A stretch of DNA of 64,000 nucleotides from Actinomycetota bacterium (GTDB lineage: Bacteria > Actinomycetota > Actinomycetes > S36-B12), in assembly GCA_046046455.1 (NCBI GenBank), contig JBJOJS010000116.1:8202-72201 (forward strand). The letters run 5' to 3'. A model generated the notes under the pieces. That model ran no database searches. It saw nothing but the letters and a program-made list of their open reading frames with translations, and was not told the origin of the DNA. This document shows positions 28,901-38,450 of the stretch, one piece after another. The position numbers and the translations under genes are program-made. The stretch's first letter is position 1; each line of letters opens with the position of its first letter.

Positions 28901-29590
28901 TTACTGCAGGAGCGGCAGCGCCAGGCTCGCAACGACGGGCACGATGCCGATGAGCAGGAACGCGGGGAGGAAGCATGCTGCCAGCGGCGCGACCGATCTC
29001 ACACCGGACGCACGCGCCGTCGCCTCCGCGCGGGCACGCGCCTCATCGCGTTGGTCATCGGCCACGGCGGCCAGCAGCACAGCCAGGGGTGCACCGGTCT
29101 CGGCGGATCGGGCCGCGGCGCGGGCAAGTGGTCGCAGTGGTGGATCGACGCCCAGGGCGGACCATGCATGCGCGGGATCAGCGCCGAGGTCGAGAGCGCC
29201 CGTAAGTCTCGACAACGGCGAAGCGATGGGCTCGCCCAGGGCATGCCCCACCGCGCGCGCCGCCGACATCGGAGTGGCACCCGAGGCGAGGCAGGCAGCG
29301 AGCAGGTCGGCGGCCAGGGGAGCCTGGCGTTCGAGTGCCTGCCGGCGAAGGCGCTGGGCCCGTGACTCCAGGCGGCCAAGGAGGCGCGGAGCGGCGAGAG
29401 CGACGAGGATGCCCGCGGCGATGCCGACCATGCCGCCGACAACGATCGCAACGGCGACACCCAGGGCCGCACCGACCATCACGAGTGCCACCGAACGCGG
29501 GAGCCGAGACGTGGCATGGCGATGTCTGCGGGCGGGTCGCACCGCGAGCCACGCGGCGAGACCTGCTGCGACGGCGGACAGGAGGATCAC
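28901..29590 (-). CDS. TadC-like type II secretion system F family protein
   Basis: DLLAACLASGA, RSAETGAP, PLAACFLPAF; GTGA overlap with the tadB-like stop. Confidence 0.8.
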   Translation of the reverse strand: MILLSAVAAGLAAWLAVRPARRHRHATSRLPRSVALVMVGAALGVAVAIVVGGMVGIAAGILVALAAPRLLGRLESRAQRLRRQALERQAPLAADLLAACLASGATPMSAARAVGHALGEPIASPLSRLTGALDLGADPAHAWSALGVDPPLRPLARAAARSAETGAPLAVLLAAVADDQRDEARARAEATARASGVRSVAPLAACFLPAFLLIGIVPVVASLALPLLQ

Positions 29591-30267
29591 AGGAGGTGCT
29601 CCGTGCGCGTGACGATGCGCGATGCCCACGTGAGACCGGCAGCGACGAGCAAGAGCCCCAGCACCAGGCAGGCGAGGCCCAGACCGGTGCCCAGCAACCA
29701 GCCGAGGGGGTCGCCACCCACGGCGATGCCGAGGAGCAGCCCCAGCGCCGGGAGGAGAGCGAGCATGCGCGCGGTCGCCCTCGGCGCCGCGAGGTGCGCC
29801 TCGAGCTGACGGCGCACCTCCTCAGCGCGACGGTCCTGCGTCACCAGCCGATCGAGGGAGTCCGCCAGGCCGGCGCCCTGCGTTGACGCGACACTCCAGC
29901 AGGCCGCAGCGGATGCGAGAAGGGGTTGGGACGACCCTCGCGCATCGTCACGCAGGGCATCGGCGACGTCGCCTCCCCACCGCGTCGCCGCCAGGGTGCG
30001 CGGGGCGATCGTGCCGTCGCGATCGGCGAGGGCACGGGCCAGGGCTCGATCCGGAGGTTGACCCGCACGGATGTCGGCGACGACCTCGGCCAGGGTGTCG
30101 CGCAGCTCTCCGCGCACGCGCGTGCGGCGGCGCCGAGAGAAGAGTCGATGGCGTAGCGCCGAGATCAGCGTGGGTGCCAGCTCTCGCAGTGCCGAATGAC
30201 GGCGTGGTGGACGAACCGTCAGGAAAGCCGCCAGAGCGGCCAGGCATGCCGCGACGATCACGACCAC
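29587..30267 (-). CDS. TadB-like type II secretion system F family protein
   Basis: [41 protein letters not shown]. Confidence 0.8.
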   Translation of the reverse strand: MVVIVAACLAALAAFLTVRPPRRHSALRELAPTLISALRHRLFSRRRRTRVRGELRDTLAEVVADIRAGQPPDRALARALADRDGTIAPRTLAATRWGGDVADALRDDARGSSQPLLASAAACWSVASTQGAGLADSLDRLVTQDRRAEEVRRQLEAHLAAPRATARMLALLPALGLLLGIAVGGDPLGWLLGTGLGLACLVLGLLLVAAGLTWASRIVTRTEHLL

Positions 30268-31424
30268 GACGGCACCTCAACGCCCGAGACACGGATGAGC
30301 TCGGCGAGCATGCTCGCTCCCTCAGCCGCCACGAGCCGGTCATCGCGTCGCACGAGAGCGGGCACCGTGACCGCCCGGCTCGATGGCGACGCATGCACGA
30401 CATGGATCTCGCTCACCACGCGCGGCGAGCGCTGCAGGTGGATCACGGCATGGACCCCCGCCGCGATGAGGGCGTGCACGGCATCGCGCGGCAGTCCGGC
30501 CATGAGTCCCAGGGCCTCAAGGCGCGCGGGTACGTCGGACGGCGAATTAGCGTGGACCGTGCCGCAGCCACCCTCATGGCCCGTGTTCATCGCGGCGAGG
30601 AGATCAACGACCTCGGCTCCACGCACCTCACCGACCACCAGGCGGTCGGGGCGCATGCGCAGGGCCTGACGGACCAGGTCGCGAAGGGTGACCTGGCCCG
30701 CACCCTCAAGGTTGGCCGGACGTGCCTCCAGGCGAACCACGTGCGGATGACGCGGCCTCAACTCGGCCGAGTCCTCGACGAGCAGGATGCGCTGAGCCGG
30801 GTCGACGATCTCCAACAGCGTGGCGAGGAGGGTCGTCTTGCCCGACCCGGTGCCGCCGCTCACGAGGAAGGCGAGGCGGGCATCGATCATGGCGCGGAGC
30901 CACAGTGCGCCGCACGCGTCGATCGTCCCGAGCCGGACGAGATCATCGAGGCCGAATCCGCCGCGATGGGGGATGCGCAGAGAGACGAGTGCGCAGTCGG
31001 AGGCGATCGGAGGAATCACCGCGTGCACGCGCGTGCCATCCGCGAGGCGGGCATCGACATAGGGTGACGCTTCATCGAGGCGTCGCCCGGCAAGAGAGGC
31101 AAGACGCTGCGCGAGGCGCATGACGGCGCCTGCATCCGCGAAGGTGACGGCGACTCGCTCGAGACCGCGCCCTCGATCGATCCAGACATCACTCGGACCA
31201 TTGACGAGGACATCCGTGACGTGCTGATCGAGGAGGAGGGGCTGAAGGGGCCCGAGGCCGCCCATGTCGTCGCGCAGGGAGCCGACGAGCTCGAGGAGCG
31301 ATTCGTCCCCGAGCACAACGCCCTGATCGCGCAGGGCTGCGGCGACGCGGGCGGAGTCGGGGACGCGGGTGACGCCTTCGTCCACGAGCCTGCGCCGGAC
31401 ACGCTCGACGAGCGCGGCACTCAT
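30258..31424 (-). CDS. tadA: TadA/CpaF pilus assembly ATPase
   Basis: [46 protein letters not shown] overlap with ssd. Confidence 0.9.
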   Translation of the reverse strand: MSAALVERVRRRLVDEGVTRVPDSARVAAALRDQGVVLGDESLLELVGSLRDDMGGLGPLQPLLLDQHVTDVLVNGPSDVWIDRGRGLERVAVTFADAGAVMRLAQRLASLAGRRLDEASPYVDARLADGTRVHAVIPPIASDCALVSLRIPHRGGFGLDDLVRLGTIDACGALWLRAMIDARLAFLVSGGTGSGKTTLLATLLEIVDPAQRILLVEDSAELRPRHPHVVRLEARPANLEGAGQVTLRDLVRQALRMRPDRLVVGEVRGAEVVDLLAAMNTGHEGGCGTVHANSPSDVPARLEALGLMAGLPRDAVHALIAAGVHAVIHLQRSPRVVSEIHVVHASPSSRAVTVPALVRRDDRLVAAEGASMLAELIRVSGVEVPSWS

Positions 31425-32458
31425 GCCAGCACTCCTGGGGCCAGGGCGCCAAGGATCTCGCGGGCGCATCGTCGCGCCGTCGAGCGCGGAGTGAGGTAGG
31501 CGTGATCACCCGGGGCGAGCACCCTCTCGTGGCGGAACGCCGCGAGCACGGGCACCTGCCACTCCGTCTCCTCTGCAGAGCACCAGACTCCGGAGTCGCG
31601 AGGACCGGTGCGAGCGACGACGGCCACCCGCGTGCATACCTCTTGGATGCCGTCGATGATCGCGGGGACTCGGGCTGCGCTGGCCGGATGAGGACCGACG
31701 ACGACAAGGACCGCGTCACTCCGGGACCATGCCATCCGCGTCGGCTCGCTGTCGCATCGTGGCGTATCGACGATGGTGCAGGCGAAGCCGCGCGCGGCCG
31801 ACTCGAGGACCGAGCCGAGCGCATCACCGTGGACGGCGTAGCGGGTGCCGGGTGTCCCGGTCAGCACGTGAACGCCGTGAACGCTCGGCAATGCACTACG
31901 CAGAGAGCCCGGCGGTATCCGACCGCGAGTATCGGCGAGGTCAGGCCAGCGCACACCTCCGTCGACGGGGATCGCGGGGCCATAGGGATCGATGTCGACG
32001 AGGAGTCCGCGTGCCTCGCGCGCCAGGATCGCCGCGAGGGTCGAGGCTCCTGCTCCTCCCACGGCGGCGACACAGGAGATCACCGGTCCACCCACGAGCG
32101 ATGCGTCACCGGACTCGGCGAGCCGGTCCACGACCCACCTGCCCGCGTCAGGCAGTTCGGCAACGTGCTCGGCTCCGAGGGCAACCGCACCCTGCCAGGT
32201 AGACGCGGGAGTGGGGCCAGCCATGCCATGCGAGCCACGACGTACGACGACCACGCAGTCGCGGCGCGGGAGGGCACGCGACGTGGCCGCGGCCAGGACG
32301 TCGTCGCCCACGAAGACCAGGGGTGCACGCGACCATGCTGATGCACTGGGCTCGCCCTGGACCGTCATCTCGACGCCGGCCGCGGCGGCAAGCCGCACCA
32401 CATCGTCGAGGAGAAGCGGATCTGAGGTGATGAGCAAGGGTCGGGGATTCTCGGTCAT
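31421..32458 (-). CDS. ssd: Septum site-determining protein Ssd / CpaE-like
   Basis: LLDDVVRLAAAAG, GAEHVAELP, deviant Walker A GGAGAST, GVRWPDL; first gene of the tad operon. Confidence 0.8.
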   Translation of the reverse strand: MTENPRPLLITSDPLLLDDVVRLAAAAGVEMTVQGEPSASAWSRAPLVFVGDDVLAAATSRALPRRDCVVVVRRGSHGMAGPTPASTWQGAVALGAEHVAELPDAGRWVVDRLAESGDASLVGGPVISCVAAVGGAGASTLAAILAREARGLLVDIDPYGPAIPVDGGVRWPDLADTRGRIPPGSLRSALPSVHGVHVLTGTPGTRYAVHGDALGSVLESAARGFACTIVDTPRCDSEPTRMAWSRSDAVLVVVGPHPASAARVPAIIDGIQEVCTRVAVVARTGPRDSGVWCSAEETEWQVPVLAAFRHERVLAPGDHAYLTPRSTARRCAREILGALAPGVLA

Positions 32459-32566
32459 CCCGGCAGCGTCATCCGACGCCGCGGGCTCGTCACGAACGCG
32501 AGCCAGGCTGGGGATAACGGCGCCGCAAGCGCCCTGTGGACACGTGGGGAGGGGTACCGTGCCCCT

Positions 32567-33358
32567 GTGACGCGCTCCGCGGCGTTCTTCGACCTGGACA
32601 AGACGATCCTCGCGACGTCCAGTGCGCTCGCCTTCACCCGGCCGTTCTATCGGGGTGGGCTCATCGGCCGCAGCGATGTCATCCGCAGTGCATATGCACA
32701 GTTCATCTTCCTGGCCTCAGGGGCCGATCACGATCAGATGGAGACGATGCGGCGCTACATGTCAGCCCTCGTGACGGGATGGGATGTCGCGAAGGTGCGG
32801 GAGATCGTGGCGGAGACGATCGATGAGATCATCGACCCCGCCATCTACGACGAGGCGCTCGTCCTTATCGAAGAGCACCGCGCCGCCGGTCGGGACATCG
32901 TCATCATCTCGTCCTCCGGCACGGAGGTCGTCGAGCCGATCGGTGAGCGACTCGGCGTCGACGTCGCTGTGGGCACGCAGTTGGTCGTCGAGGATGGCCG
33001 CTACACCGGCGAGATCCTTTTCTACGCATACGGCGAGGGAAAGGCGCAGGCGATGAGGGATCTGGCTACCGAACGCGGATATGACCTGACGGAGTCCTAC
33101 GCCTACACCGACTCGGTCACCGACCTGCCCATGCTCGATACCGTCGGCCATCCGACCGCCGTCAATCCCGATGCGGAGTTGCGTCGCATCGCCGCCGCGC
33201 GCGAATGGCCGATTCTCGACTTCGCGCGTCCTGTCTCGATGCGCAGCCGACTCCCCATCGAGAAGCGCCAGGCGGTTGCCGCAGGAGCGGCGGCAGCGGC
33301 CGTGAGCGCCGTCGCACTCGGGCTCGCGTGGTACGCACGCCACCGCAGGATCGCCTGA
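32567..33358 (+). CDS. HAD-IB family hydrolase (Rv3661-like)
   Basis: AAFFDLDKT, AYTDSVTDLPML, VNPD; C-terminal TM helix; divergent from ssd. Confidence 0.9.
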   Translation: MTRSAAFFDLDKTILATSSALAFTRPFYRGGLIGRSDVIRSAYAQFIFLASGADHDQMETMRRYMSALVTGWDVAKVREIVAETIDEIIDPAIYDEALVLIEEHRAAGRDIVIISSSGTEVVEPIGERLGVDVAVGTQLVVEDGRYTGEILFYAYGEGKAQAMRDLATERGYDLTESYAYTDSVTDLPMLDTVGHPTAVNPDAELRRIAAAREWPILDFARPVSMRSRLPIEKRQAVAAGAAAAAVSAVALGLAWYARHRRIA

Positions 33359-34341
33359 TGGCCAAGGCCACGCGCAGTCAGCGCATCCTGCTCATCGGGC
33401 TGCTCACCATCGCACTGATGGCACCCCCCGTCCTGCTCGGCATCAGCGGACAGTTCGGCCTCGCGTCGGTCTTCGTCTACGGCGGGGTCATCGCCATCAT
33501 CGCGGTGTTCTACGACATGCGCCTCGCCGTGATCGTCTCCGTCCTGGCCGGAATCGCGGGGGCCATCGCGATCCTCCTGAACCCGTACCCTCTCGCAGGC
33601 GCTGCGTTCTTCGGGATCCTCACCGGCGTGTGCGCGCTGACCGCCAAGCGCGGCATCCACAGTCCGGTGCTCATGGTCCCGGTCTTCGTGAGTTTCCTGC
33701 TCGTCGCACCTCCATCGGTGCCACCGCTGTCGACGGTGCCCGCAGCACTCATGTGCGGAGCCGTCTTGCTGCTCGGTGGGCTCTGGGCCACGGGAAGCGC
33801 ACGTGTACTGCTGGGTCGCCCGGCTTCCGAGATCGCGCGCAAGGAGTTGGACACACCCGCTGCCGCCATCTACGGGGTGACGATGGGAGTGATCCTGGGC
33901 GTCGCCGCCTGGGGTGTCCTCACCTACGCGAAGTACCACGAGGGCGCATGGCTCCTGCTGACCCTCATCATCCTTCTGCAGCCGAGCCCACACGACACCT
34001 TCACCAAGTCCCTTCAGCGACTCGGTGGCACGCTGGCCGGCTGTCTCATCGCGCTCGCGCTCATCCTGATCAATGTCGAGACGACCCTCGCTCTGGTCAT
34101 CGGAGGTGTCCTCATCTTCGGAGCACTGACTCTGCGCTACGCCCTCAAGCGTCCCTACTGGGAGTACGTCACCGTCCTCACCCCCGCGGTGATCCTGCTG
34201 AGTTCAACCGGCGCGGATCGCATCCGCGTGGCCGAGGATCGTGCCGCCTTCACACTCATCGCCACAACCGTGGCGCTCATCGTCGCCGTGGCGGTCAAGG
34301 CAGTCCTCGTCCGAAGGGCGCACCACAGGGAATCGACCTAG
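33358..34341 (+). CDS. FUSC-like integral membrane protein
   Basis: WLLLTLIILLQP, KSLQRLGGTLAG, EDRAAFTLI; TGATG overlap with the upstream gene. Confidence 0.7.
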   Translation: MAKATRSQRILLIGLLTIALMAPPVLLGISGQFGLASVFVYGGVIAIIAVFYDMRLAVIVSVLAGIAGAIAILLNPYPLAGAAFFGILTGVCALTAKRGIHSPVLMVPVFVSFLLVAPPSVPPLSTVPAALMCGAVLLLGGLWATGSARVLLGRPASEIARKELDTPAAAIYGVTMGVILGVAAWGVLTYAKYHEGAWLLLTLIILLQPSPHDTFTKSLQRLGGTLAGCLIALALILINVETTLALVIGGVLIFGALTLRYALKRPYWEYVTVLTPAVILLSSTGADRIRVAEDRAAFTLIATTVALIVAVAVKAVLVRRAHHREST

Positions 34342-34350
34342 CCTGCGCCT

Positions 34351-35286
34351 ATGGAGTCCGCGGGCGAAGTGCTCGACCATGGTCACGCGCGCGAGCCCCG
34401 GGGGCGCGCACTGGGCATCGTGGCGACAGCAGTGCTCGCTGGCGGCCTTGCTCTCGCGGCAATCGTCGCGGGCATGACGTGGTGGTCGGCACGACCGCCC
34501 ACCTCGGAGCGACTCGAGATCGTGGACGCCACACTGCTCGCGGAGGCACCCGTGACTGTCGTGGCCCAGCCTCCCGTGGGCGCTCTCGCAACACCCGCCG
34601 GCGCTTCGCTACCCGGCGTCACCATGCGTCTCACTGTCGGAGGCGAGCCGGGCGACAGCGTGGATGTCACGACCTCACTGACGGACTCCCTCGTCTACGT
34701 GAAGCCGCAGCCCGCGGTCACCATTCCCTCCGGGGCCTACGCCGAGATCGATGTCACGGTCGCTCCGGTCGACTGCGCACTCGCGCGCGAGGGCACGGAT
34801 CTCGATGAGGCCGGCTATCGCTGGCGCAGGCCGTTCGGCATCGAGATCATCACCACGGACGCAGGCACGCCGGTGCCCATGAGCGAGGCAGCCCAGTCTT
34901 CGCTGCGCGAGGCGCTCACGCAGGCGTGCGACCAGGCAGGCTCTCCACCGACGCTGACCGTCACTGCTGCGCGCAGGGGAGGGGAGCCCCCCCTCGAGAC
35001 CGTCGGGATCGTGGTCGATGTCGAGGGTGTCTCGGCCGATCGCCTCGTGCTCACACCACTCGACGGGCCAGGGCTGCGCGGACTCGGGGCCGCCGACAGG
35101 CGCACGAGCGCAGGTATCCCGCTCCTGTGGCTGGTGTCCCCTCGGGCCGAGCACAACGAGGACGTGTCCACGGCGTACACGCAGGTCTTCGTTATCCGCG
35201 GCGGTACGGCGTACCCCTGGATCATCGGCACTCCCCTCACCGATGACCTGCCCGAGATGACGCCGCTCACGACATCGATCCGGTAG
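34351..35286 (+). CDS. Hypothetical membrane-anchored protein, paralog 1
   Basis: N-terminal TM helix; collinear similarity to the next ORF; leaderless signature. Confidence 0.7.
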   Translation: MESAGEVLDHGHAREPRGRALGIVATAVLAGGLALAAIVAGMTWWSARPPTSERLEIVDATLLAEAPVTVVAQPPVGALATPAGASLPGVTMRLTVGGEPGDSVDVTTSLTDSLVYVKPQPAVTIPSGAYAEIDVTVAPVDCALAREGTDLDEAGYRWRRPFGIEIITTDAGTPVPMSEAAQSSLREALTQACDQAGSPPTLTVTAARRGGEPPLETVGIVVDVEGVSADRLVLTPLDGPGLRGLGAADRRTSAGIPLLWLVSPRAEHNEDVSTAYTQVFVIRGGTAYPWIIGTPLTDDLPEMTPLTTSIR

Positions 35287-35293
35287 CTGCGCC

Positions 35294-36226
35294 GTGGACG
35301 TCCTCGAAGCAGGCTCCCCGGCGCCAGGATCTGGGGATACGCCGCGCCGCATCGTGCGACTGCTCGCAGCGCTCGCCGTCGTCACACTCGCCGGCGCGAT
35401 GATCGTCGCGGCCACGCGATGGTGGACCGACGAGTCCACGGGGTCGGATCGCCTCGAGATCACCGGCCTCGAGCCAATCGGCCCCTTCGCGGTCAGCGGC
35501 GATGATCTACCCGAAGGCTGGCCCGCGGGCATCGTCTCCCCTGCTCTTCTGCTGCGCGCTGACGTCAACGGCGACCCACGTCGCGTCTCAGCCGTGCAGC
35601 CAGTAGGCGAGTCCACTGCCTACGCCGCCACGGGTGTGCAAGAGGCCGTGATCCCCGCGGATGGGCGCATCGAAATCGACCTCGTGGTGACACCGGCGGA
35701 CTGCGGCGTCGCGCACACCGCCGACCTCGAGGGACCCCTTGTCGACGCTGCGGGAATGCCGGTCCCCATGTCCTCTGCCGCATCAGAGGCACTCGCACAC
35801 GCACTGGAGTCGCTCTGCGACACAGGAGGTTCGGCACCCGTCATCTCCACGGCGGGAGCCCGCATCGATGTGTTCTTCCGCGACCGCACCCTCGTCATGC
35901 GGATGCGTGTGCCTACCACCGCGGACCGAGTGGTGCTTCAGCCACTCGAGTCGACGGGCTTCCGGGGATCTCGCGATGCGGAGGCGACAATCGAAGGCGG
36001 CATGGCGACGGCGCGCCTGCGCTGGCTCGTCTCCCCCGCAGAGGCAGCGGGCCTTGGGTCGCCCCGGGTGGGCGTACGGGCATTCACGATGGTCGGGGGC
36101 CGGGCGTACCCGTGGGTCCTTGACCTTCGCGTCCCCGACGTCCGTGTCGTGGCATCCCCGCCACGCAATGACGGCGTGGACCTCGCCGAGGTAGCACCGC
36201 GGCCCACGGGTGACGTCACGCGGTGA
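35294..36226 (+). CDS. Hypothetical membrane-anchored protein, paralog 2
   Basis: N-terminal TM helix; shares PxDC, PVPMS, ADRxVLxPL, WLVSP, GGxAYPW with paralog 1. Confidence 0.7.
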   Translation: MDVLEAGSPAPGSGDTPRRIVRLLAALAVVTLAGAMIVAATRWWTDESTGSDRLEITGLEPIGPFAVSGDDLPEGWPAGIVSPALLLRADVNGDPRRVSAVQPVGESTAYAATGVQEAVIPADGRIEIDLVVTPADCGVAHTADLEGPLVDAAGMPVPMSSAASEALAHALESLCDTGGSAPVISTAGARIDVFFRDRTLVMRMRVPTTADRVVLQPLESTGFRGSRDAEATIEGGMATARLRWLVSPAEAAGLGSPRVGVRAFTMVGGRAYPWVLDLRVPDVRVVASPPRNDGVDLAEVAPRPTGDVTR

Positions 36227-36255
36227 TGTCAGCGGTGCGATGTCACGGAGTGATG

Positions 36256-37035
36256 TCAGCGGTGCGGTGCATCGGCCGAAGCACCGAATCCGATGGCCGA
36301 CGCGTTCCACCGGATCCAGTCGGCGACTCCGGTGGGTTCGCCTGATCGATAGCCGCGAAGGGCGGTGACGTAGGAGCTGCGACCCAGGGAGAGCATCCCC
36401 GCCTCGGGACAGCCGAGCAGATCCGGATCCACACCGCGCGACGCGACGACGAGCCGCACGGTTGCTCGCGCGATGAGTCCCGAGCCCCAGCGGAAGGGCT
36501 GCACCGCCATGAGTTCGCCGTGTGCGATCGCCGCGACCAGGATCGCGGGGGCCGTGGTGGGGCGAGTGAGGACATCGGCCAAGCCGACGAGTCGATCCGA
36601 CACCTGACCCCATGGGAGGGGAGCACCGGAGTGAAGTGCATCGACGACCTCGTCCTGCTGGCGAGGTCGACCCAGCGCACCTTCGTCCTCGAATCCGCGT
36701 GCGGCGATGGCGTGCAGGTGCGCCAGCACTTGCAGCGGCGCCCGGCTCCACGCATCGACCTGACCGGGGATCGCGGACGTCACGGCCAGCGATGCGGCAA
36801 CGGCGCGACCGAGGGGAGAGTCATCGAGACCCGCGCGCACGATGTCGAGGGTCACGTCAGCGCCCTCGAGAGCGGCCGAGTCCCGGGCACCGGTCAGAGC
36901 CGAGGCCGCGACGATCTCTGCGGCGCGCGCGCGCACGCCGCGATCCCAGAGAAGGCGATCGACCTCGGCGCGGGCCGCATCGCAGGCCTCGCCGACGCCC
37001 GGTAGACCGGCGAGTGTGGCGAGGGGATCGCTCAG
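36256..37035 (-). CDS. Fic-fold protein with a degenerate motif (Rv3662c-like)
   Basis: [48 protein letters not shown]; synteny; start uncertain, CTG proposed. Confidence 0.75.
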   Translation of the reverse strand: MSDPLATLAGLPGVGEACDAARAEVDRLLWDRGVRARAAEIVAASALTGARDSAALEGADVTLDIVRAGLDDSPLGRAVAASLAVTSAIPGQVDAWSRAPLQVLAHLHAIAARGFEDEGALGRPRQQDEVVDALHSGAPLPWGQVSDRLVGLADVLTRPTTAPAILVAAIAHGELMAVQPFRWGSGLIARATVRLVVASRGVDPDLLGCPEAGMLSLGRSSYVTALRGYRSGEPTGVADWIRWNASAIGFGASADAPHR

Positions 37036-38279
37036 TAGGACTGCACCCCCTGGGCCACGAGCTGCTGCAGGACCGCGGGGTCCTGGGCCTCGAGCCACTT
37101 CACGAGCTGGGCATTGGACACGAACTTCAGATCGGGGTACTTGGCTGCCGCATCGAGCACGTAGCGAGTAATGGCGTTCTGATAAGCGCCGCACACCCAG
37201 GTGTTGAAGTGGTTGCCGAAGAAGAACGGGGCGCGATTGCCGTTGTAGAGAGCGTCGGTCGCAGCCATGAGCGAGTCGTACGTCGACTGCTCGATGCGAT
37301 CGCAGGTGGCTTGGTCGGCTTCTTGCTGACAGTCGTTCTGCGCGCAGAGGAAGTTGTAGTCCATCGACAGGTTGGAGCGGTCATAGCCGACGACCTTCAT
37401 CGTCTGCAGGGGGAAGTCCCACAGGCCGTACTCGTTCTTCACCGGCCACTGGAGGGATCCGGGATTCGATGCGTCGTAGGTGAAGCCGTTCTCGGCGAAG
37501 ATCGGATACATCACGTCGCGCTGACCCTCGAGGCAGGGTGTGCGAGCTCCCTGGATCACGCTGTGGTTGAAGGGCAGCGGGTCGGGGTCGGTGATGCCGT
37601 TGTTGGCGGCCCAGTTGTCCATGAATCCGACGTCCTGGGCGAACTCGCTCTGCCACTCCTCGGGCCCCCAGGAGTTAACCGCACCGTCATTGGGCTCGCA
37701 CCAGTGGCCGAGGAAGTGCGTGCCGATCTCGTGACCGCGCTCGTAGGCCTCCTTGTAGTTGGCGACACGACCGACGACCTCCTGCGGGTCATCCGCGAAG
37801 CCGATCGCGCTCGAGCCCGCCTCGCGGCCCGGGGTCTCGTAGAGGAACTTCTGGTCCTCGGGAAGCAGGCAGAGCCCGGAGATGAAGAACGTGAAGAACG
37901 CGTCGACCTGAGCCGCGGTATCCAGGTAGTGGCGCATGATGTCGAGACTGCAGGAGCCATCGAAGGAAATCGTGACGAACTGCGGCGGCTTCTCGCCCGG
38001 TGCGAGCTTCTCGACAGGGAAGTCCGGTTGCGGCAGGTTGACCGCGGAAACCCCGCCGCCCTCGCCCATGACCTCGCCGATCGCCGCGGAGGACGAGTCG
38101 GTCGGGAGAGGCTCGGCGGTGGAGGACTCGGGAGCCGGCCCGTCGGTGGGGTCGGTGGGAGCAGGAGTCGAGGAGTCCGCGGTCGGCGTCGACGAGGAGC
38201 CCGGCAGCACGGCGCCCATGACGAGGCCGAGGGCAGCCGCCAGGGCGAGCAGGAGCGGGACGAGCACGCGGGGACGCAC
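37032..38279 (-). CDS. Secreted polysaccharide deacetylase-like (CE4/NodB fold) protein
   Basis: Signal or TM segment, Ser/Thr/Pro linker, [36 protein letters not shown]. Confidence 0.7.
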   Translation of the reverse strand: MRPRVLVPLLLALAAALGLVMGAVLPGSSSTPTADSSTPAPTDPTDGPAPESSTAEPLPTDSSSAAIGEVMGEGGGVSAVNLPQPDFPVEKLAPGEKPPQFVTISFDGSCSLDIMRHYLDTAAQVDAFFTFFISGLCLLPEDQKFLYETPGREAGSSAIGFADDPQEVVGRVANYKEAYERGHEIGTHFLGHWCEPNDGAVNSWGPEEWQSEFAQDVGFMDNWAANNGITDPDPLPFNHSVIQGARTPCLEGQRDVMYPIFAENGFTYDASNPGSLQWPVKNEYGLWDFPLQTMKVVGYDRSNLSMDYNFLCAQNDCQQEADQATCDRIEQSTYDSLMAATDALYNGNRAPFFFGNHFNTWVCGAYQNAITRYVLDAAAKYPDLKFVSNAQLVKWLEAQDPAVLQQLVAQGVQSY

Positions 38280-38398
38280 GCGGACCTCCAGGGGCTATCG
38301 GTCGGGGGCACCGACCTCCCCATCCTGACGCATGGAGGGTCCCCGAGGCTCCCTGTGACGCGCGGGAAGCGTCCGCGCCGCCCTCATGGGGCGACTAC

Positions 38399-38414
38399 CG
38401 TGGCCCATGTCACA
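38399..38414. promoter_or_regulatory. Possible CRP/GlxR site upstream of acs
   Basis: CGTGG-N6-TCACA versus consensus TGTGA-N6-TCACA. Confidence 0.35.
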
Positions 38415-38450
38415 TGCGGCGTCCTGAGCCGCGCGCCCCGAGGAGGAGAC

